Source: an uncultured bacterium (GTDB lineage: Bacteria; Actinomycetota; Acidimicrobiia; Spongiisociales; UBA4744). From it: 64,000 nucleotides of DNA. The notes under the pieces were generated by a model. It was not told the origin of the DNA. It worked only from the letters and a program-made list of their open reading frames with translations, and did not search any database. A program made the position numbers and the translations under genes. Within the stretch, counting starts at the first letter, position 1, and every line of letters begins with the position of its first letter. The stretch lies in assembly GCA_963827865.1 (NCBI GenBank), contig CAWHCO010000001.1, forward strand, positions 219,750-283,749. Direction: 5' to 3'. Positions 36,784 to 48,163 of the stretch are shown one piece after another.

Positions 36784-38041
36784 TCAGTCGTACGCTCCGA
36801 AGACGAGCACAGCGTTGTGCCCGCCGAATCCGAACGAGTTGCTCATCGCGAACGCGTACGTCGCGCTCCCTCGGCTCATTCGGCACGTAGTCGAGGTCGC
36901 ATTCGGGATCGGGATGGACGTAGTTGATCGTTGGCGGAATGACGCCGTGCTGCATCGCGAGAATCGAGGCGATCGATTCGACGGCACCGGCACCACCGAG
37001 CAAGTGCCCTGTCATGGATTTCGTCGACGAGATCGCGACGGTACGGGCGTGGGTACCAAACACCGTCTTGATCGCCGCGGTCTCAGTGACGTCGTTCGCC
37101 GGTGTCGACGTCCCATGCGCATTGATGTACTGGACCTGGGCCGGGTCCAGTCGTGCATCGTCGAGCGCTGCCTTCATCGCTCGCGCTGCACCGTCGCCAC
37201 CAGGGCGGGGAAGGGTGATGTGGTACGCATCGGACGACATGCCATACCCAAGCACCTCCGCATAGATGTGGGCTCCCCTCGCCTTTGCGTGTTCCAGTTC
37301 TTCGAGTACTAGCGACCCTCCCCCTTCCGCCATGACGAAGCCGTCCCTCGTGGCATCGAACGGACGGCAGGCGCCTTGCGGGTCGTCGTTGCGGGTGCTC
37401 ATCGCGCGGGCCTGAGCGAACGAGGCGACGCCGAACTCGCAGATCGGGGCTTCGGAACCCCCCGCGACCATCACATCCGCTGCACCACGCCTGATGATCT
37501 CCGCGGCGTCACCGATGGCGTTGGCCGACGCGGCACATGCGGTCACCGTGCACGTGACGGGTCCGAGGAGACCAAAACCGATCGACACATCGCCCGCCGC
37601 CATGTTCGCAATGAGCCGGGTCACCTGGTAGGGAGATACCCGGTCTGCGCCACGGGTGCGCAAGGTGTCCATCCCTTCCTGCATCGATGACAGACCCCCA
37701 ATGCCGGAGCCAACCACGGCGCCCGCTCGGGCTCCCTGCTCCGCATCGTCCACGTAGTCGATGCCGGCGTCACTCATCGCCCGCACCGTCGCCGCGTAGA
37801 AGAACTGGTCGAAGCGGTCCATGCGGCGAGCCGTCCTCCGATCCATGAACTCCTCCGGATCGAAGTCCCTCACCTCACCCGCGAACCGGACCGGCAACCC
37901 GGACGCGTCGAACTGCGCGATGGGCGCGATACCGGAGCGACCTGCCATGAGTGACTTCCAGTACTCGTCGACAGTGCACCCCACGGGACTCATCACTCCG
38001 AGCCCGGTGACGACGACTCGACGGCGATCCATCGGGTTCAA
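36784..38041 (-). pseudogene. fabF: beta-ketoacyl-ACP synthase II, +1 frame change about 25 codons before the stop as assembled
   Basis: KAS II core with Cys ([13 protein letters not shown]) and both His regions ([22 protein letters not shown]). The conserved tail [24 protein letters not shown]-stop is in the +1 frame (ORF 36784-36996). The switch is at ccgAGGGAGcgc, about 36866-36872. Confidence 0.8.
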
Positions 38042-38283
38042 GCTCCGAGCTTGGCGGCCACCACATCGACGGCCTGGCCGACCGTGCCGATGCCTTCTGC
38101 CTCCTCGTCCGGGATCGTCACGCCGAACTCATCCTCGATCGCCATGAGGAGTTCGACCACTCCCAGCGAGTCGACTTCGAGGTCCGTCTCGAACTTCGCG
38201 TCCCGCGTGATCTTCGCCTCGTCGAGGCCCAGTTCCGACACCAGAAGAGTCGTGAGCCTGCTCTCGATTTCTGCCCGATCCAT
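38038..38283 (-). CDS. acpP: acyl carrier protein
   Basis: 81 aa with phosphopantetheine site [20 protein letters not shown]. Confidence 0.9.
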   Translation of the reverse strand: MDRAEIESRLTTLLVSELGLDEAKITRDAKFETDLEVDSLGVVELLMAIEDEFGVTIPDEEAEGIGTVGQAVDVVAAKLGA

Positions 38284-38292
38284 AGTTCCTCC

Positions 38293-39027
38293 CTAGAGGG
38301 CCAATCCTCCGTCCACCACGAGCACATGTCCCGAGATGTACGAAGCTTCGTCCGATGCAAGATAGCCGACCGCGCTTGCGACCTCGGCCGGCGTTCCGAA
38401 CCTCCTCACAGCGATCGAGGCCGCGGCGGCGGTCTTCACGTCTTCGGAGAGATCATCCGTCATGTCGGTGTCCACGAACCCCGGAGCGACGACATTCACG
38501 GTGATACCGCGCGAACCGACCTCCTTTGCGACGGATTTCGAGAAACCGATCGCCGCGGCCTTTGCCGCCGCGTAGTTGGACTGCCCGGGGTTTCCGGAGA
38601 TGCCAGCGACCGAGCCGATCGTCACGATCCTGCCCCACCTTGCACGGAGCATGGAGCGCAAGGCCTGTTTCGTGCACAGGTACAAAGAGGTGAGGTTGGT
38701 TGTCACGACCTCATCCCACACGTCGGGCCCCATCCTCGCCAGCAGTCTGTCGCGACGGATCCCGGCGTTGTTCACCAAGATCTCGATCGGTCCGAGTCTG
38801 TCGGTGACGGTCTGGAACATCGCGACGACTTCGTCGGAGTCGCCGACGTCGGCCCGAACGGCAATCCCGGAGCCGCCCACGGACTTCATCTCATCAACGA
38901 CCTCGAGGGCTGCCGACTCGTTGCTGCGGTAGTTGACGGCGACGGCGTTTCCCCGTCTGGCGAGTTCCAGCGCGATCGCGCGTCCAATGCCCCGCGACCC
39001 CCCAGTGACCAGTGCGACTCGCCCCAC
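38293..39027 (-). CDS. fabG: 3-oxoacyl-ACP reductase (SDR)
   Basis: Contains [19 protein letters not shown] and YAAAKAA. GTG 39027 lies 2 nt after the fabH stop. Confidence 0.9.
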   Translation of the reverse strand: MGRVALVTGGSRGIGRAIALELARRGNAVAVNYRSNESAALEVVDEMKSVGGSGIAVRADVGDSDEVVAMFQTVTDRLGPIEILVNNAGIRRDRLLARMGPDVWDEVVTTNLTSLYLCTKQALRSMLRARWGRIVTIGSVAGISGNPGQSNYAAAKAAAIGFSKSVAKEVGSRGITVNVVAPGFVDTDMTDDLSEDVKTAAAASIAVRRFGTPAEVASAVGYLASDEASYISGHVLVVDGGLAL

Positions 39028-39029
39028 GG

Positions 39030-40112
39030 TCAGACACCCTTCCCGAAGAACCGCACGTTGGGATCCACGAGATCGAAGATATCCCCGGCATACGGCGGGA
39101 GTTCGGCGTCGGATGCCCCGAGCGGAGTCACCCGGCTCCCCCACCGCACGACGGCGGCCGCCCAGGTGAGGCCGGCTCCGAATGCGGCGAATACGATGTT
39201 GTCCCCTGGATGAACCCGCCCATCCTCGAGCGCCTCGGTGAGCGCCATCGGGATCGTCGCAGCCGATGTGTTGCCGTAGCGGGCGATGTTGACGAACACC
39301 TGCTCCTCGCTGAGCTTGAGGCGCCTTGCCGTTGCGTCGATGATCCTGACGTTCGCCTGATGCGGGATGAGCAGGTCTACGTCCTCGAGTTTGAGTCCCG
39401 CAGCTTCAACCACCTCGGTTGCTGCGGCAACCATGGCTTTGACGGCCCTCTTGAAGACCTCCGGGCCGTCCATCAGGACGCCGTACTGCGAGCGGTCTTC
39501 GCTCTGATACCTATCCCCTGACGTACCGACTCCCGGAACCCACAGGAGCGGGGCGGCATTGCCATCCGTACCGACGGTTGACGACAGAAGACCCTCGTCG
39601 GAATCGGTCGGTTCCAACACGATAGCCCCTGCCCCGTCACCGAACAGCACGGCGGTGTTCCGGTTGGTGAAGTCAAGGTAGTGGGAGAGCTTCTCGGACG
39701 CCACCAGCAGCACCTTCTGGTGGAGACCGGAGCGGATCAGCTGTCCCGCCACATGCAGCCCGTAGATCCACCCCGAGCACGCTGCGTTCATGTCGAATGC
39801 GGCGGCGTGGACCGCTCCCAGCTTCGCCTGCAGAAGGGTGGCCGGGCTGGGAATCACCGTATCGCCCGTACACGTCGTCAAGATGATGAGGTCGATGTCA
39901 GAGGGCTCGAGACCGGCACCAGCGATCGCCCTCAGCGAGGCCACCTCCGCCATTTCAGAGGTCGACACGTGCGAGATCCGCCGCTCCTTGATCCCCGTGC
40001 GTGTCGTTATCCACTCGTCGGACGTGTCGGTCAGCTTCTCGAGGTCTTCGTTGGACAGGATCGTCGGTGGCGTGCACCTTCCCCATCCTGTGATCGTCGC
40101 GTTCGCCATCAT
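39030..40112 (-). CDS. fabH: 3-oxoacyl-ACP synthase III
   Basis: Starts [20 protein letters not shown]; active-site Cys [11 protein letters not shown], His ([10 protein letters not shown]) and Asn (GNTSAATIP). ATG overlaps the fabD TGA. Confidence 0.9.
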   Translation of the reverse strand: MMANATITGWGRCTPPTILSNEDLEKLTDTSDEWITTRTGIKERRISHVSTSEMAEVASLRAIAGAGLEPSDIDLIILTTCTGDTVIPSPATLLQAKLGAVHAAAFDMNAACSGWIYGLHVAGQLIRSGLHQKVLLVASEKLSHYLDFTNRNTAVLFGDGAGAIVLEPTDSDEGLLSSTVGTDGNAAPLLWVPGVGTSGDRYQSEDRSQYGVLMDGPEVFKRAVKAMVAAATEVVEAAGLKLEDVDLLIPHQANVRIIDATARRLKLSEEQVFVNIARYGNTSAATIPMALTEALEDGRVHPGDNIVFAAFGAGLTWAAAVVRWGSRVTPLGASDAELPPYAGDIFDLVDPNVRFFGKGV

Positions 40113-41032
40113 CCCTCGTTCAGTCGTTGTGCGGCGTCCTCCCAAGAGCCCGGGTCAGACGCAACCAGCACGGAAGCACCGGCCACCGTCCGTCTCGCCA
40201 TCCCCGCGGTCACGTCGCCGGGTCCAACGTGCACGAAAGCGTCAACGTCCATCGCGGCGATCGACTCGGCGAATCTCACCGGTTCGACGACCTGGCGGGC
40301 GAGGAGGTCCGCAACCTGACCTTCAGAGTAGGGGCGTGCCGTCACATTTGCGTACACCGGAAAGGAGAAGGATCCGATCTCAACTCCCCGGACCGCTGCC
40401 TCGACGGCCGCGCCGGCGTCCGCCATGAATGGCGAGTGAAACGCGCCCGCCACGTTGAGCGGGATCACGCGCCGGATGCCCAGAGCCCTCCCATGCTCGA
40501 CAGCCCACTCGATGTCGTCCCTACCTCCCGCGACGACGATCTGCCCGGGAGCGTTGATGTTTGCCACCCACAGGCGCCCACCGTCCGAGCGCCGCAGCTC
40601 GCAGGCGGTCTCGGCCTCGGCCCGATCGACACCGATGAGTGCCACCATCCCTGACGGTTCCCCTGCCGCTGCTCGCGCCATCGCATTCCCCCGCAACGCC
40701 ACGAGTCGAAGTGCCGTCTGATAGTCGAACGCGCCCGCCGCCGCCAGCGCCGTGTACTCACCCAGTGAGTGTCCTGCCGACGCCGATGGCTCCTGGTCGA
40801 GCAGCCGCGAGAACTCGACCCACGTCGCGTATGCGACGGCGAACAGAGCTACCTGTGCCCTGTCAGTACGCGTGAGTTCCTCGTCAGGACCGTTCAGACA
40901 GATGTCGCGAAGCGACCAGCCAAGGATCTCGTCGGCGGCATCCCCGAGGAGATCCGGTCGCGAATCGAAGAGCTCGGCACCCATCCCGACGAACTGGCTG
41001 CCTTGTCCTGGGAACAGAATGGAAAAACGCAC
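40109..41032 (-). CDS. fabD: malonyl CoA-ACP transacylase
   Basis: Contains FPGQGSQFVGMG and GHSLGEYTALAAAG. Start uncertain: GTG 41032 preferred, with ATG 41077 as the alternative. Confidence 0.85.
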   Translation of the reverse strand: MRFSILFPGQGSQFVGMGAELFDSRPDLLGDAADEILGWSLRDICLNGPDEELTRTDRAQVALFAVAYATWVEFSRLLDQEPSASAGHSLGEYTALAAAGAFDYQTALRLVALRGNAMARAAAGEPSGMVALIGVDRAEAETACELRRSDGGRLWVANINAPGQIVVAGGRDDIEWAVEHGRALGIRRVIPLNVAGAFHSPFMADAGAAVEAAVRGVEIGSFSFPVYANVTARPYSEGQVADLLARQVVEPVRFAESIAAMDVDAFVHVGPGDVTAGMARRTVAGASVLVASDPGSWEDAAQRLNEG

Positions 41033-41063
41033 GGCGGGTATGACCCTACGATGCTTCTCCCGG

Positions 41064-42101
41064 TTACGTGAGTCCATCCGCGATCTCGAGGACCCTCTCA
41101 ACGTCGCCGTCGTCGACATCTTGATGGAGAGCGAAGCGCAAGATTCCGGGCGACATGTCCCCGACCAGCACGCCGACGCCGGCGAGCGATTTCACAAACT
41201 GCTCGACCGTGAACGGGAGCGCGCGCCCATCGACGATCACCATGTTGGTCTGCACCTGAGCGAGATCGACCGATGCGGGAAACCTCGACGCCAACCCCCC
41301 TGCGAGTTTCTGCGCCAGCGCGTGATCGTCGCTCAGGTGGTCACGGTCGTTCAGCGCTACACGTGCAGCGGCTGCGAGCACACCGACCTGACGCATGCCT
41401 CCGCCCAAACGCTTTCTGCGGTATCGGGCTTCTTCAATCACATCTGACGTCCCGCAAAGCACGGACCCGATAGGTGAACCCAGACCTTTCGAAAAGCAGA
41501 ACATGACGGTGTCGGCCTCGTCGGCGATGCGTTCGGCAGAAACCCCGAGTGCAATCGCCGCGTTGAAGATGCGGGCCCCGTCGAGGTGAATCGGGAGAGA
41601 GCGTCGTCGCGCGACCTCCGATGCCGCCTCCATCGTTTCGACGGAGACGACAGTGCCACCGGATGCGGTCAACGGGTTCTCCCAGACGAGGAGCCCGACA
41701 CGTGGGAGGTGGTACCCGGCGCCCTGTAGCGCGGCTTCCACATCTTCCGGTCGAATCGATCCATCGCTCGAGTCGATGGTGCGGAACTGAACCCCCGAGA
41801 TCGCTGCAGCAGCACCAACCTCGTACTGCCGGACGTGCGCATTCGCGACACACAACGCCTCGTCACCTGGTCTCACGAGCGTGTTCAGCGCCAGCTGGTT
41901 GGCCATGCTGCCCGTCGGCGTGAACACAGCCGCTTCCTTGCCGACGATCTCTGCGGCCTCCCGTTCGAGGGCATTGACGGTCGGGTCCTCCCCATACACA
42001 TCGTCGCCCACCTCGGCCTCTGCCATCGCCCTACGCATTGCCGAGGTGGGTCGAGTCACGGTGTCGGAGCGGAAGTCCGCAACTCCGTCGGGAAATGCCA
42101 T
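41064..42101 (-). CDS. ltaE: low-specificity L-threonine aldolase (PLP-dependent)
   Basis: Starts [38 protein letters not shown]; also [13 protein letters not shown] and a [10 protein letters not shown] (Lys) motif. ATG 42101; the upstream 122 codons are Arg-rich and judged non-coding. Confidence 0.85.
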   Translation of the reverse strand: MAFPDGVADFRSDTVTRPTSAMRRAMAEAEVGDDVYGEDPTVNALEREAAEIVGKEAAVFTPTGSMANQLALNTLVRPGDEALCVANAHVRQYEVGAAAAISGVQFRTIDSSDGSIRPEDVEAALQGAGYHLPRVGLLVWENPLTASGGTVVSVETMEAASEVARRRSLPIHLDGARIFNAAIALGVSAERIADEADTVMFCFSKGLGSPIGSVLCGTSDVIEEARYRRKRLGGGMRQVGVLAAAARVALNDRDHLSDDHALAQKLAGGLASRFPASVDLAQVQTNMVIVDGRALPFTVEQFVKSLAGVGVLVGDMSPGILRFALHQDVDDGDVERVLEIADGLT

Positions 42102-42169
42102 GTTGGTCCTCCGCCGCCACAGTACCCCGTGAACATGAGGCCCGCGTCGACGACTAACCTGCCCGGGCT

Positions 42170-44296
42170 GTGACGAACGTACGCATACCGGTCCTAGCGA
42201 CCGCCGAGCTCCCCATCCCACCCTCGTTTCCTCGCCTCTACGACCTCGCCTACAACCTCTGGTGGACATGGGCGGGCGGCAGCCGCCTGTGGCGGATGAT
42301 CGAGGCAGACGTGTGGGCGCGCTACCACAACCCGATCGAGCTGCTCTCCGCGGTCGATCGATCGACGTGGCGCAATCTCGAGAACAGCGGTGACTTCCAG
42401 GACGTGTACGGAGAGACGGTCGCCCAGTTCGACGCCTACATGAAAGGAAACAACACCTGGTGGGCATCGAATGCCACCGACGATGTCGGTCCGATCGCCT
42501 ACCTGTGCGCCGAGTACGGGGTCGAGAATATCCTCCCGACGTACTCGGGGGGACTCGGTGTGCTTGCAGGCGATCATGCCAAGTCGGCCTCCGATCTCGG
42601 CATCCCGTTCGTCGCGACCGGCCTGCTGTATCGCCGCGGCTACTTCCGGCAGGATGTCGATGCGGTCGGCGACCAGCAGCACACCTACCCCGTCGTCGAC
42701 CCGCTGCGCCTCCCCATCCAGCAGGTCGCCGGTCCGACCGGAGGACAGCTCAAGATCGACATCGAGATGCCTGGCAGATCGGTGAGAGTCGGCGTGTGGA
42801 AGGTTCAGGTCGGCCGCGTGCCGATCCTGCTGATGGACACGGACCTCCCGGAGAACGACGACGCCGACTGCCCCATCACGCACACCCTGTACATTCGCGG
42901 CCGCGAGATGCGGTTCGTGCAGGAGTACGTCCTGGGCGTCGGTTCTGTCCGAGTACTCGACGCGCTCTCGATCAAGCCGACAGCTTGGCACGTCAACGAA
43001 GGACACGCCGCCATGAGCCTCCTCGAGCGAACCTCACGTCTGGTTACCCAAGGATGGACGCCCGACCAGGCCATGCAGCAGATCAAGTCAACGACCTCGT
43101 TTACGTTGCACACGCCGGTCCCCGCCGGCAACGAGGTGTTCGACTTCCCGCTCATCGAGAAGTACCTGAGCACCATGCCCGCCCGTATGTCCATCGACAT
43201 GAGCCGCCTCGCCTCCCTCGGCGCAGCACATGAAGGTGATGAGTACCACTTCAATCTCTCCGCCCTCGCCATCCGGCTGTCGGGGTATGTCAACGGCGTG
43301 AGCACCCGCCACGGCGAGATCATCGGGAGGGACTGGGCCCATCTCCTCCCCGGCCAGGCTGCTGCGATCACCAATGGCGTGCATCCACCGACTTGGCTCA
43401 GCCGGGCACATCAGAGGGCGCTCTCCGAGGTCTACGGTCGCAAGTGGCGCGACGTGCTGATCAACAACCCGGAACAAACGACACGACTCGACGATCTGAC
43501 CGACGAGCGTCTGTGGGAGATCCACACCCGAGAGAAGGAGTTCCTGTCTCGCTTCGCCCGGGGTCGCATCCTTCGCCAACGCGCCCGCCACGGAGCCTCC
43601 CCCGACGAGCTGCGCGCGGTCGCGAGCATTATGTCGCCCTCTTGGCTCACGATCGGCTTCGCTCGCCGGTTCGCCACCTACAAGAGGGCGCTTCTGCTGT
43701 TTCACAATCTGCCTTGGCTCCAGGCGATCTTGACCAACCCCGACAGGCCGGTGCAGATTCTCATCGCCGGCAAGGCTCACCCGGCCGATCAGAACGGACA
43801 AGGTCTCATTCGAAGGATCGTTGAGCTGTCGAGGACCCCCGAGCTCAACGGTCATGTGCACTTCCTGGAGAACTACGACATGCGGATCGCCCGCTATCTC
43901 GTTCAGGGCGTCGACGTGTGGCTGAACAACCCCCGGCCACCGCTCGAGGCGTCCGGCACCTCCGGCATGAAAGCGGCGATGAACGGAGGCCTGAATCTGT
44001 CCATTCTGGATGGATGGTGGCTCGAAGGTCACAATGGCCGCAACGGCTGGGCATTCGGTCTCGAGTGGGGCAATGGCGACCACGACGCACAGGACAATGA
44101 AGACGCCATCGCGCTCTACAGAACACTCCAAGATCACGTCGTTCCCAACTACTACGACAGGGACGCGGACGGCATCCCGCGCGCCTGGGTAGCGATGATG
44201 CGCGAAGCGATGCGGTCAACGATCACGGACTTCTCGTCTGACAGGATGGTGAAGGAGTACGCGCAGAACGCGTACATTCCTCTGAGCAAGTCGTAG
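42170..44296 (+). CDS. glgP: alpha-glucan (glycogen/maltodextrin) phosphorylase, GT35
   Basis: Contains [30 protein letters not shown] and [14 protein letters not shown] (PLP Lys region). GTG start. Confidence 0.9.
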   Translation: MTNVRIPVLATAELPIPPSFPRLYDLAYNLWWTWAGGSRLWRMIEADVWARYHNPIELLSAVDRSTWRNLENSGDFQDVYGETVAQFDAYMKGNNTWWASNATDDVGPIAYLCAEYGVENILPTYSGGLGVLAGDHAKSASDLGIPFVATGLLYRRGYFRQDVDAVGDQQHTYPVVDPLRLPIQQVAGPTGGQLKIDIEMPGRSVRVGVWKVQVGRVPILLMDTDLPENDDADCPITHTLYIRGREMRFVQEYVLGVGSVRVLDALSIKPTAWHVNEGHAAMSLLERTSRLVTQGWTPDQAMQQIKSTTSFTLHTPVPAGNEVFDFPLIEKYLSTMPARMSIDMSRLASLGAAHEGDEYHFNLSALAIRLSGYVNGVSTRHGEIIGRDWAHLLPGQAAAITNGVHPPTWLSRAHQRALSEVYGRKWRDVLINNPEQTTRLDDLTDERLWEIHTREKEFLSRFARGRILRQRARHGASPDELRAVASIMSPSWLTIGFARRFATYKRALLLFHNLPWLQAILTNPDRPVQILIAGKAHPADQNGQGLIRRIVELSRTPELNGHVHFLENYDMRIARYLVQGVDVWLNNPRPPLEASGTSGMKAAMNGGLNLSILDGWWLEGHNGRNGWAFGLEWGNGDHDAQDNEDAIALYRTLQDHVVPNYYDRDADGIPRAWVAMMREAMRSTITDFSSDRMVKEYAQNAYIPLSKS

Positions 44297-44315
44297 AGGC
44301 TCCCGAGCGAGCCTC
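44296..44315. terminator. hairpin spanning both stop codons of convergent glgP and the aminotransferase gene
   Basis: GAGGCTC-cccgagc... arms: GAGGCTC (44296-44302) pairs with GAGCCTC (44309-44315) around a 6-nt loop. Confidence 0.35.
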
Positions 44316-45492
44316 AGGCTTCTTCTAGGAACTTCCGGATGCCGCGGACGGCCTGGCGGATCCTGTGCTCGTTCTCGACGAGCGCGAACCGGACGAAACC
44401 CTCGCCGTGCGGCCCGAATCCGACACCTGGGCTGACCGCCACCTTCGCTTCCTCGAGGAGCTGGAAGGCGAACTTGAGTGAGCCCGTGTCTTCGAATCCT
44501 GCCGGTAGCGGCGCCCACGCGAACATCGTTCCCTTCGGCCGGGGGATGTCCCAACCGGCTCTCGCGAGCCCGTCGACAAGGGTGTCGCGCCGCACTCTGT
44601 AGATCTCCCTGACCTCCTTCACGTAGTCGTCGCCTTCGTTCAACGCGACGATCGACGCGATCTGGATCGGTTGGAACGTGCCGTAGTCGAGGTACGACTT
44701 GAGCTTGGCCAGGGCTGCGATCATCTCGCTGTTGCCAACGGCGAAACCCACTCTCCATCCTGCCATCGAGTGCCCTTTGGTCATGGTGTAGAGCTCGACT
44801 CCCACGTCCTTGCCGCCGGGGACTTCGAGGAGGCTCGGTGGGACGTATCCGTCGAAGGAGATGTCGGCGTACGCGAAGTCGTGAACGAGCATCACCTCGT
44901 TCTCCTGTGCGAACGCCACGAGGCGCTCGAAGAAGTCCAGATCGACACAGGCGGTCGTGGGATTGTGGGGGAAAGAAGTGAGAATCACCCTGGGCCTGGG
45001 CCACGTATCGGAAAAGACGGCACGGAGCCGATCGAAGAAATCCTCACCGAGGCTGAGCGGCACACGGCGCACCTCGGCACCTGCGAGCACGGCAGCGTAG
45101 ATATGGATCGGGTAGCTCGGCTCCGGAACGAGCGCGACGTCTCCTGGTCGCACGAGGGCCCACATCAGGTGGGCGAGACCCTCCTTCGCGCCGATGGTCG
45201 TGATGACCTCCGTCTCGGGGTCGACATCGACACCGAAACGGCGGCGGTACCGGCCGGCGACCGCTTTGCGAAGATTCGGTATTCCCTTGGACGCCGAGTA
45301 CCGATGGTTCTTGGGGTTCCTGGCCGCTTCAACCAGTTTCTCAACAGCGATAGGTGGAGACGGTATGTCCGGATTCCCGAACCCAAGATCGATCACGTCC
45401 TCGCCCGCACGCCGGGCTTCGCGTTTGGCCGCGTCGACTTCTGCGAAGACGTATGGGGGCAGATCTTCGATTCGGCGGAACTTCACCATCAC
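44314..45492 (-). CDS. class I/II PLP-dependent aminotransferase (AlaT/AspC-like)
   Basis: Starts [17 protein letters not shown]; also [16 protein letters not shown] and SFPHNPT, with the PLP Lys in [14 protein letters not shown]. Confidence 0.9.
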   Translation of the reverse strand: MMVKFRRIEDLPPYVFAEVDAAKREARRAGEDVIDLGFGNPDIPSPPIAVEKLVEAARNPKNHRYSASKGIPNLRKAVAGRYRRRFGVDVDPETEVITTIGAKEGLAHLMWALVRPGDVALVPEPSYPIHIYAAVLAGAEVRRVPLSLGEDFFDRLRAVFSDTWPRPRVILTSFPHNPTTACVDLDFFERLVAFAQENEVMLVHDFAYADISFDGYVPPSLLEVPGGKDVGVELYTMTKGHSMAGWRVGFAVGNSEMIAALAKLKSYLDYGTFQPIQIASIVALNEGDDYVKEVREIYRVRRDTLVDGLARAGWDIPRPKGTMFAWAPLPAGFEDTGSLKFAFQLLEEAKVAVSPGVGFGPHGEGFVRFALVENEHRIRQAVRGIRKFLEEA

Positions 45493-45515
45493 CTCCGTTT
45501 CCGGCAGGCTACCCG

Positions 45516-46286
45516 TCAGCCGGCGTTCAGCCGCGGCATCACCTCATCGACGAACAGCTCCCAGGTCCCTCCCAGCAGCGAGAACACGAAGTCATCGACC
45601 CCCGCGGCGCGCAGCTCGGCGAGCTGTCCCGGCAGCGAGTCGACAGTAGCTGCGAGCACCGGACCCCGACGTCGTGCCAGGGCGATAGTGAGCTCTTCCT
45701 CGTCCCGGGCCAGCAGCACCTGCCCTCCCCAGCTGATATGCGGAGCGGTCGGACGAGTACGTCTCGCCATGAGCCAATCTGCCGTCACGTTCCACACGTT
45801 CCATGCGTCGGCGACCTCGGCGGCGATCCGCTGGATCGTCGAGGAGGTGCCACCGATCCACAATGGCACCTGGCCCTTGATGAGCCGCGCCGTAGCTTCA
45901 AGTGCCCGAACCCGTTCTCGCATGTCTGGGAATGGCACTCCGTAGGCATTGAACTCGGGGAGGGACAACGAGTCACCTGCACCCAACCCGCACACGACCC
46001 GCCCTCCACTCAATCGAGACGCGGTCAGCACGGCGGCCGCGGTGCGCTCAGGAGGCCTCATGGATGCCCTGAGCACGAGTGTCCCCACGGCGACTCGATT
46101 GGTCGCCGTGACGACGGCACCGAGCGCCACGGTGGACTCGACGATCGGTCGATCTGGTCCATCGAGTGGAAACAGGTGGTCGAACAGAAACACCCCGTCG
46201 AATCCCAGCGCCTCTGCCCGCTGCGCACCTCGGACGAGACGTGATGGGTCGTCGACGAACTGGGGAAGCGTGACGGAGATCGTCAC
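45516..46286 (-). CDS. LLM-class (luciferase-like) flavin/F420-dependent oxidoreductase
   Basis: Contains [16 protein letters not shown] and [20 protein letters not shown] 46286 overlaps the upstream TGA (GTGA). Confidence 0.75.
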   Translation of the reverse strand: MTISVTLPQFVDDPSRLVRGAQRAEALGFDGVFLFDHLFPLDGPDRPIVESTVALGAVVTATNRVAVGTLVLRASMRPPERTAAAVLTASRLSGGRVVCGLGAGDSLSLPEFNAYGVPFPDMRERVRALEATARLIKGQVPLWIGGTSSTIQRIAAEVADAWNVWNVTADWLMARRTRPTAPHISWGGQVLLARDEEELTIALARRRGPVLAATVDSLPGQLAELRAAGVDDFVFSLLGGTWELFVDEVMPRLNAG

Positions 46287-46696
46287 GCCATCCGCCGCAC
46301 CAACCACGACAGCCTGGCCGGCACCAGCCCGGCGGCGAGATCGACGGCTTGTTCGACGATCTCGAGGATGTCTTGAGGACCGTCCCAGTGTTCCAGCACC
46401 ACCTCGTGTCCGGCAGCGCGGATGAGACGATGGAGCGCGAGGACGACGACGAGCACATCGTCGGTCTCTCCGATCACCGGGATGAAGTCGGGGATGATGT
46501 CCACCGGCGACAGCACGTACCCCACCGACACCAACGCGAGGGCCTTGGCGCTCGTGGGAACCCGCGGGTCACGGATCAGCCTTCCGATCAGCTTGACCAT
46601 CCTGGGCAACGCGAGCACCGCCTCTTTCAGCCAGCGCCGTGTGTCAGCGGTTCTGCCCGGGCGGATGATCTCGTCCGGGGCAAGTACGTCAGACAT
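46283..46696 (-). CDS. DUF1232 (YkvA-like) membrane protein
   Basis: Family motif GYVLSPVDIIPDFIPVIGETDDVLVVVLAL. Confidence 0.75.
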   Translation of the reverse strand: MSDVLAPDEIIRPGRTADTRRWLKEAVLALPRMVKLIGRLIRDPRVPTSAKALALVSVGYVLSPVDIIPDFIPVIGETDDVLVVVLALHRLIRAAGHEVVLEHWDGPQDILEIVEQAVDLAAGLVPARLSWLVRRMA

Positions 46697-47624
46697 ATGC
46701 TTTCCTCAATGCAGCAAGGCCGGCGCCGACGACGGCCGCGTTCTCCCCAAAGGTCGCCGCGACGATCGGTGTCGGTGTTCGCACATCGTACCCCTCGAGC
46801 GAAGCGGCGATCGCCCTTTGGGTGGGACGTAGCAGCACATCGCCCAAGCGCGAGACTCCTCCACCCACCACGATGACGTCGGGATCCAGGATGGCGATCA
46901 GCGTCGACAGGCCAACACCCAGCCACTCTGCGACCTCTACGACCAACGCCCGTGCCTGCTCGTCACCCTCGAGTGCCGCTGACGTCAAGTGCCGGCCGGC
47001 AGGCGTTTCACCCGCCGCGAGTTCGGCGATGCGTCCCGTGGGGTGATGGGCCGCAGCGTCTCGGGCCATCTGGTCGAGCCTGCGCCCGGACGCGAACGTT
47101 TCCCAGCAGCCCTGCTGTCCGCAGGTGCACAACGGACCGCCAACGTCCACCACCATGTGACCGATCTCGCCGGCGAACCCTCTGCCCCGATAGATCTCCC
47201 CGTCGATGACCATGCCTCCGCCGATCCCCGTGCCGAGGGTGACCATCACAACTGCGCGGTATCCCCTCCCCGCACCGAGCCGCGCTTCTGCGAACCCTGC
47301 CAGATTGGCATCGTTGTCGACGACGGTCGGTAGCCCAAACTCCTCTTCGAGGGCCTCGAGGTAGCCAAGATGTTCACCGGTGACGTTCGGGCCCCACTCG
47401 AGGATTCCGGTGTCGGTCACGAGTCCGGCGACTCCCAGCCCGATGGCGCCGACCCGATCATCGAGCAGGCTACGCACCACTTCGGACGGGCTCCGCAGCA
47501 TCTCGGACGGAGTTCTCGGACGAGGACGCTCCAGCCTCACGCCGATGCCGCCCGACGGTGAGACCACACCTCCCGAAACCTTGGTACCCCCAAGATCGAT
47601 CCCGATGGCGTTCATCGCCCGCAT
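46689..47624 (-). CDS. ROK-family sugar kinase (glucokinase-like)
   Basis: Contains IGIDLGGTKVSGGVV and the ROK Zn motif GHMVVDVGGPLCTCGQQGCWE. ATG 47615 is an alternative start. Confidence 0.85.
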   Translation of the reverse strand: MRAMNAIGIDLGGTKVSGGVVSPSGGIGVRLERPRPRTPSEMLRSPSEVVRSLLDDRVGAIGLGVAGLVTDTGILEWGPNVTGEHLGYLEALEEEFGLPTVVDNDANLAGFAEARLGAGRGYRAVVMVTLGTGIGGGMVIDGEIYRGRGFAGEIGHMVVDVGGPLCTCGQQGCWETFASGRRLDQMARDAAAHHPTGRIAELAAGETPAGRHLTSAALEGDEQARALVVEVAEWLGVGLSTLIAILDPDVIVVGGGVSRLGDVLLRPTQRAIAASLEGYDVRTPTPIVAATFGENAAVVGAGLAALRKAYV

Positions 47625-47647
47625 CCTACCGACCCACGACCCGACGC

Positions 47648-47676
47648 TTGATCGTAGAACAAAACCTGACTATGCT
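47648..47676 (+). promoter_or_regulatory. candidate sigma-70-type promoter of hsp20
   Basis: Lies in a local AT-rich island. TTGATC (47648-47653), 17-nt spacer, TATGCT (47671-47676); SD GAGAGGAG at 47698-47705 and ATG at 47713. Confidence 0.4.
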
Positions 47677-47712
47677 GCTATTAGATTTCATGAGCCAGAG
47701 AGGAGTGCATAA

Positions 47713-48123
47713 ATGCGAACACACCTACTTCGATACGACCCATTCAGCATCGTTCGGGACTTCGATCGGTTCTTCGAGGAGCCGGACCGCCCGTGGATCC
47801 CGCGGGTAGACGTTCTGGATCGTGACGGCTCGCTGGTCGTGAGGGCAGAAGTCCCAGGAATGCGGTCCGAGGATATCGACGTCACGGTCGAGAACTCGGA
47901 GCTGGTCATCTCCGGAACGCGCTCGTTCGAAACGACCGAAGAGGGCAAGGGCTACCACCGCAGGGAGATCGCCTATGGCAGCTTCCAGCGGGCCGTGTAC
48001 CTGCCCGACGAGTTCGACGCCGACAAGATCACTGCGCAGTACCGGGAGGGCATCCTCGAGATCACGGTCCCAAGGCACCCGGAGGTGCTTCCCAAGAAGG
48101 TCAAGGTCGAGATCGGCGAGTAG
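47713..48123 (+). CDS. Hsp20/alpha-crystallin small heat-shock protein
   Basis: Alpha-crystallin domain: PRVDVLDRDGSLVVRAEVPGMRSEDIDVTV, GSFQRAVYLP and GILEITVP. Confidence 0.9.
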   Translation: MRTHLLRYDPFSIVRDFDRFFEEPDRPWIPRVDVLDRDGSLVVRAEVPGMRSEDIDVTVENSELVISGTRSFETTEEGKGYHRREIAYGSFQRAVYLPDEFDADKITAQYREGILEITVPRHPEVLPKKVKVEIGE

Positions 48124-48133
48124 CCGAGCGTCC

Positions 48134-48163
48134 GTGAGCGGCCCGGCCACCCGGGCCGCTCAC
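48134..48163. terminator. bidirectional hairpin between convergent hsp20 and the ArsA-like gene
   Basis: GTGAGCGGCCCGG-ccac-CCGGGCCGCTCAC, a perfect 13-bp stem that includes the ArsA-like stop codon. Confidence 0.6.
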
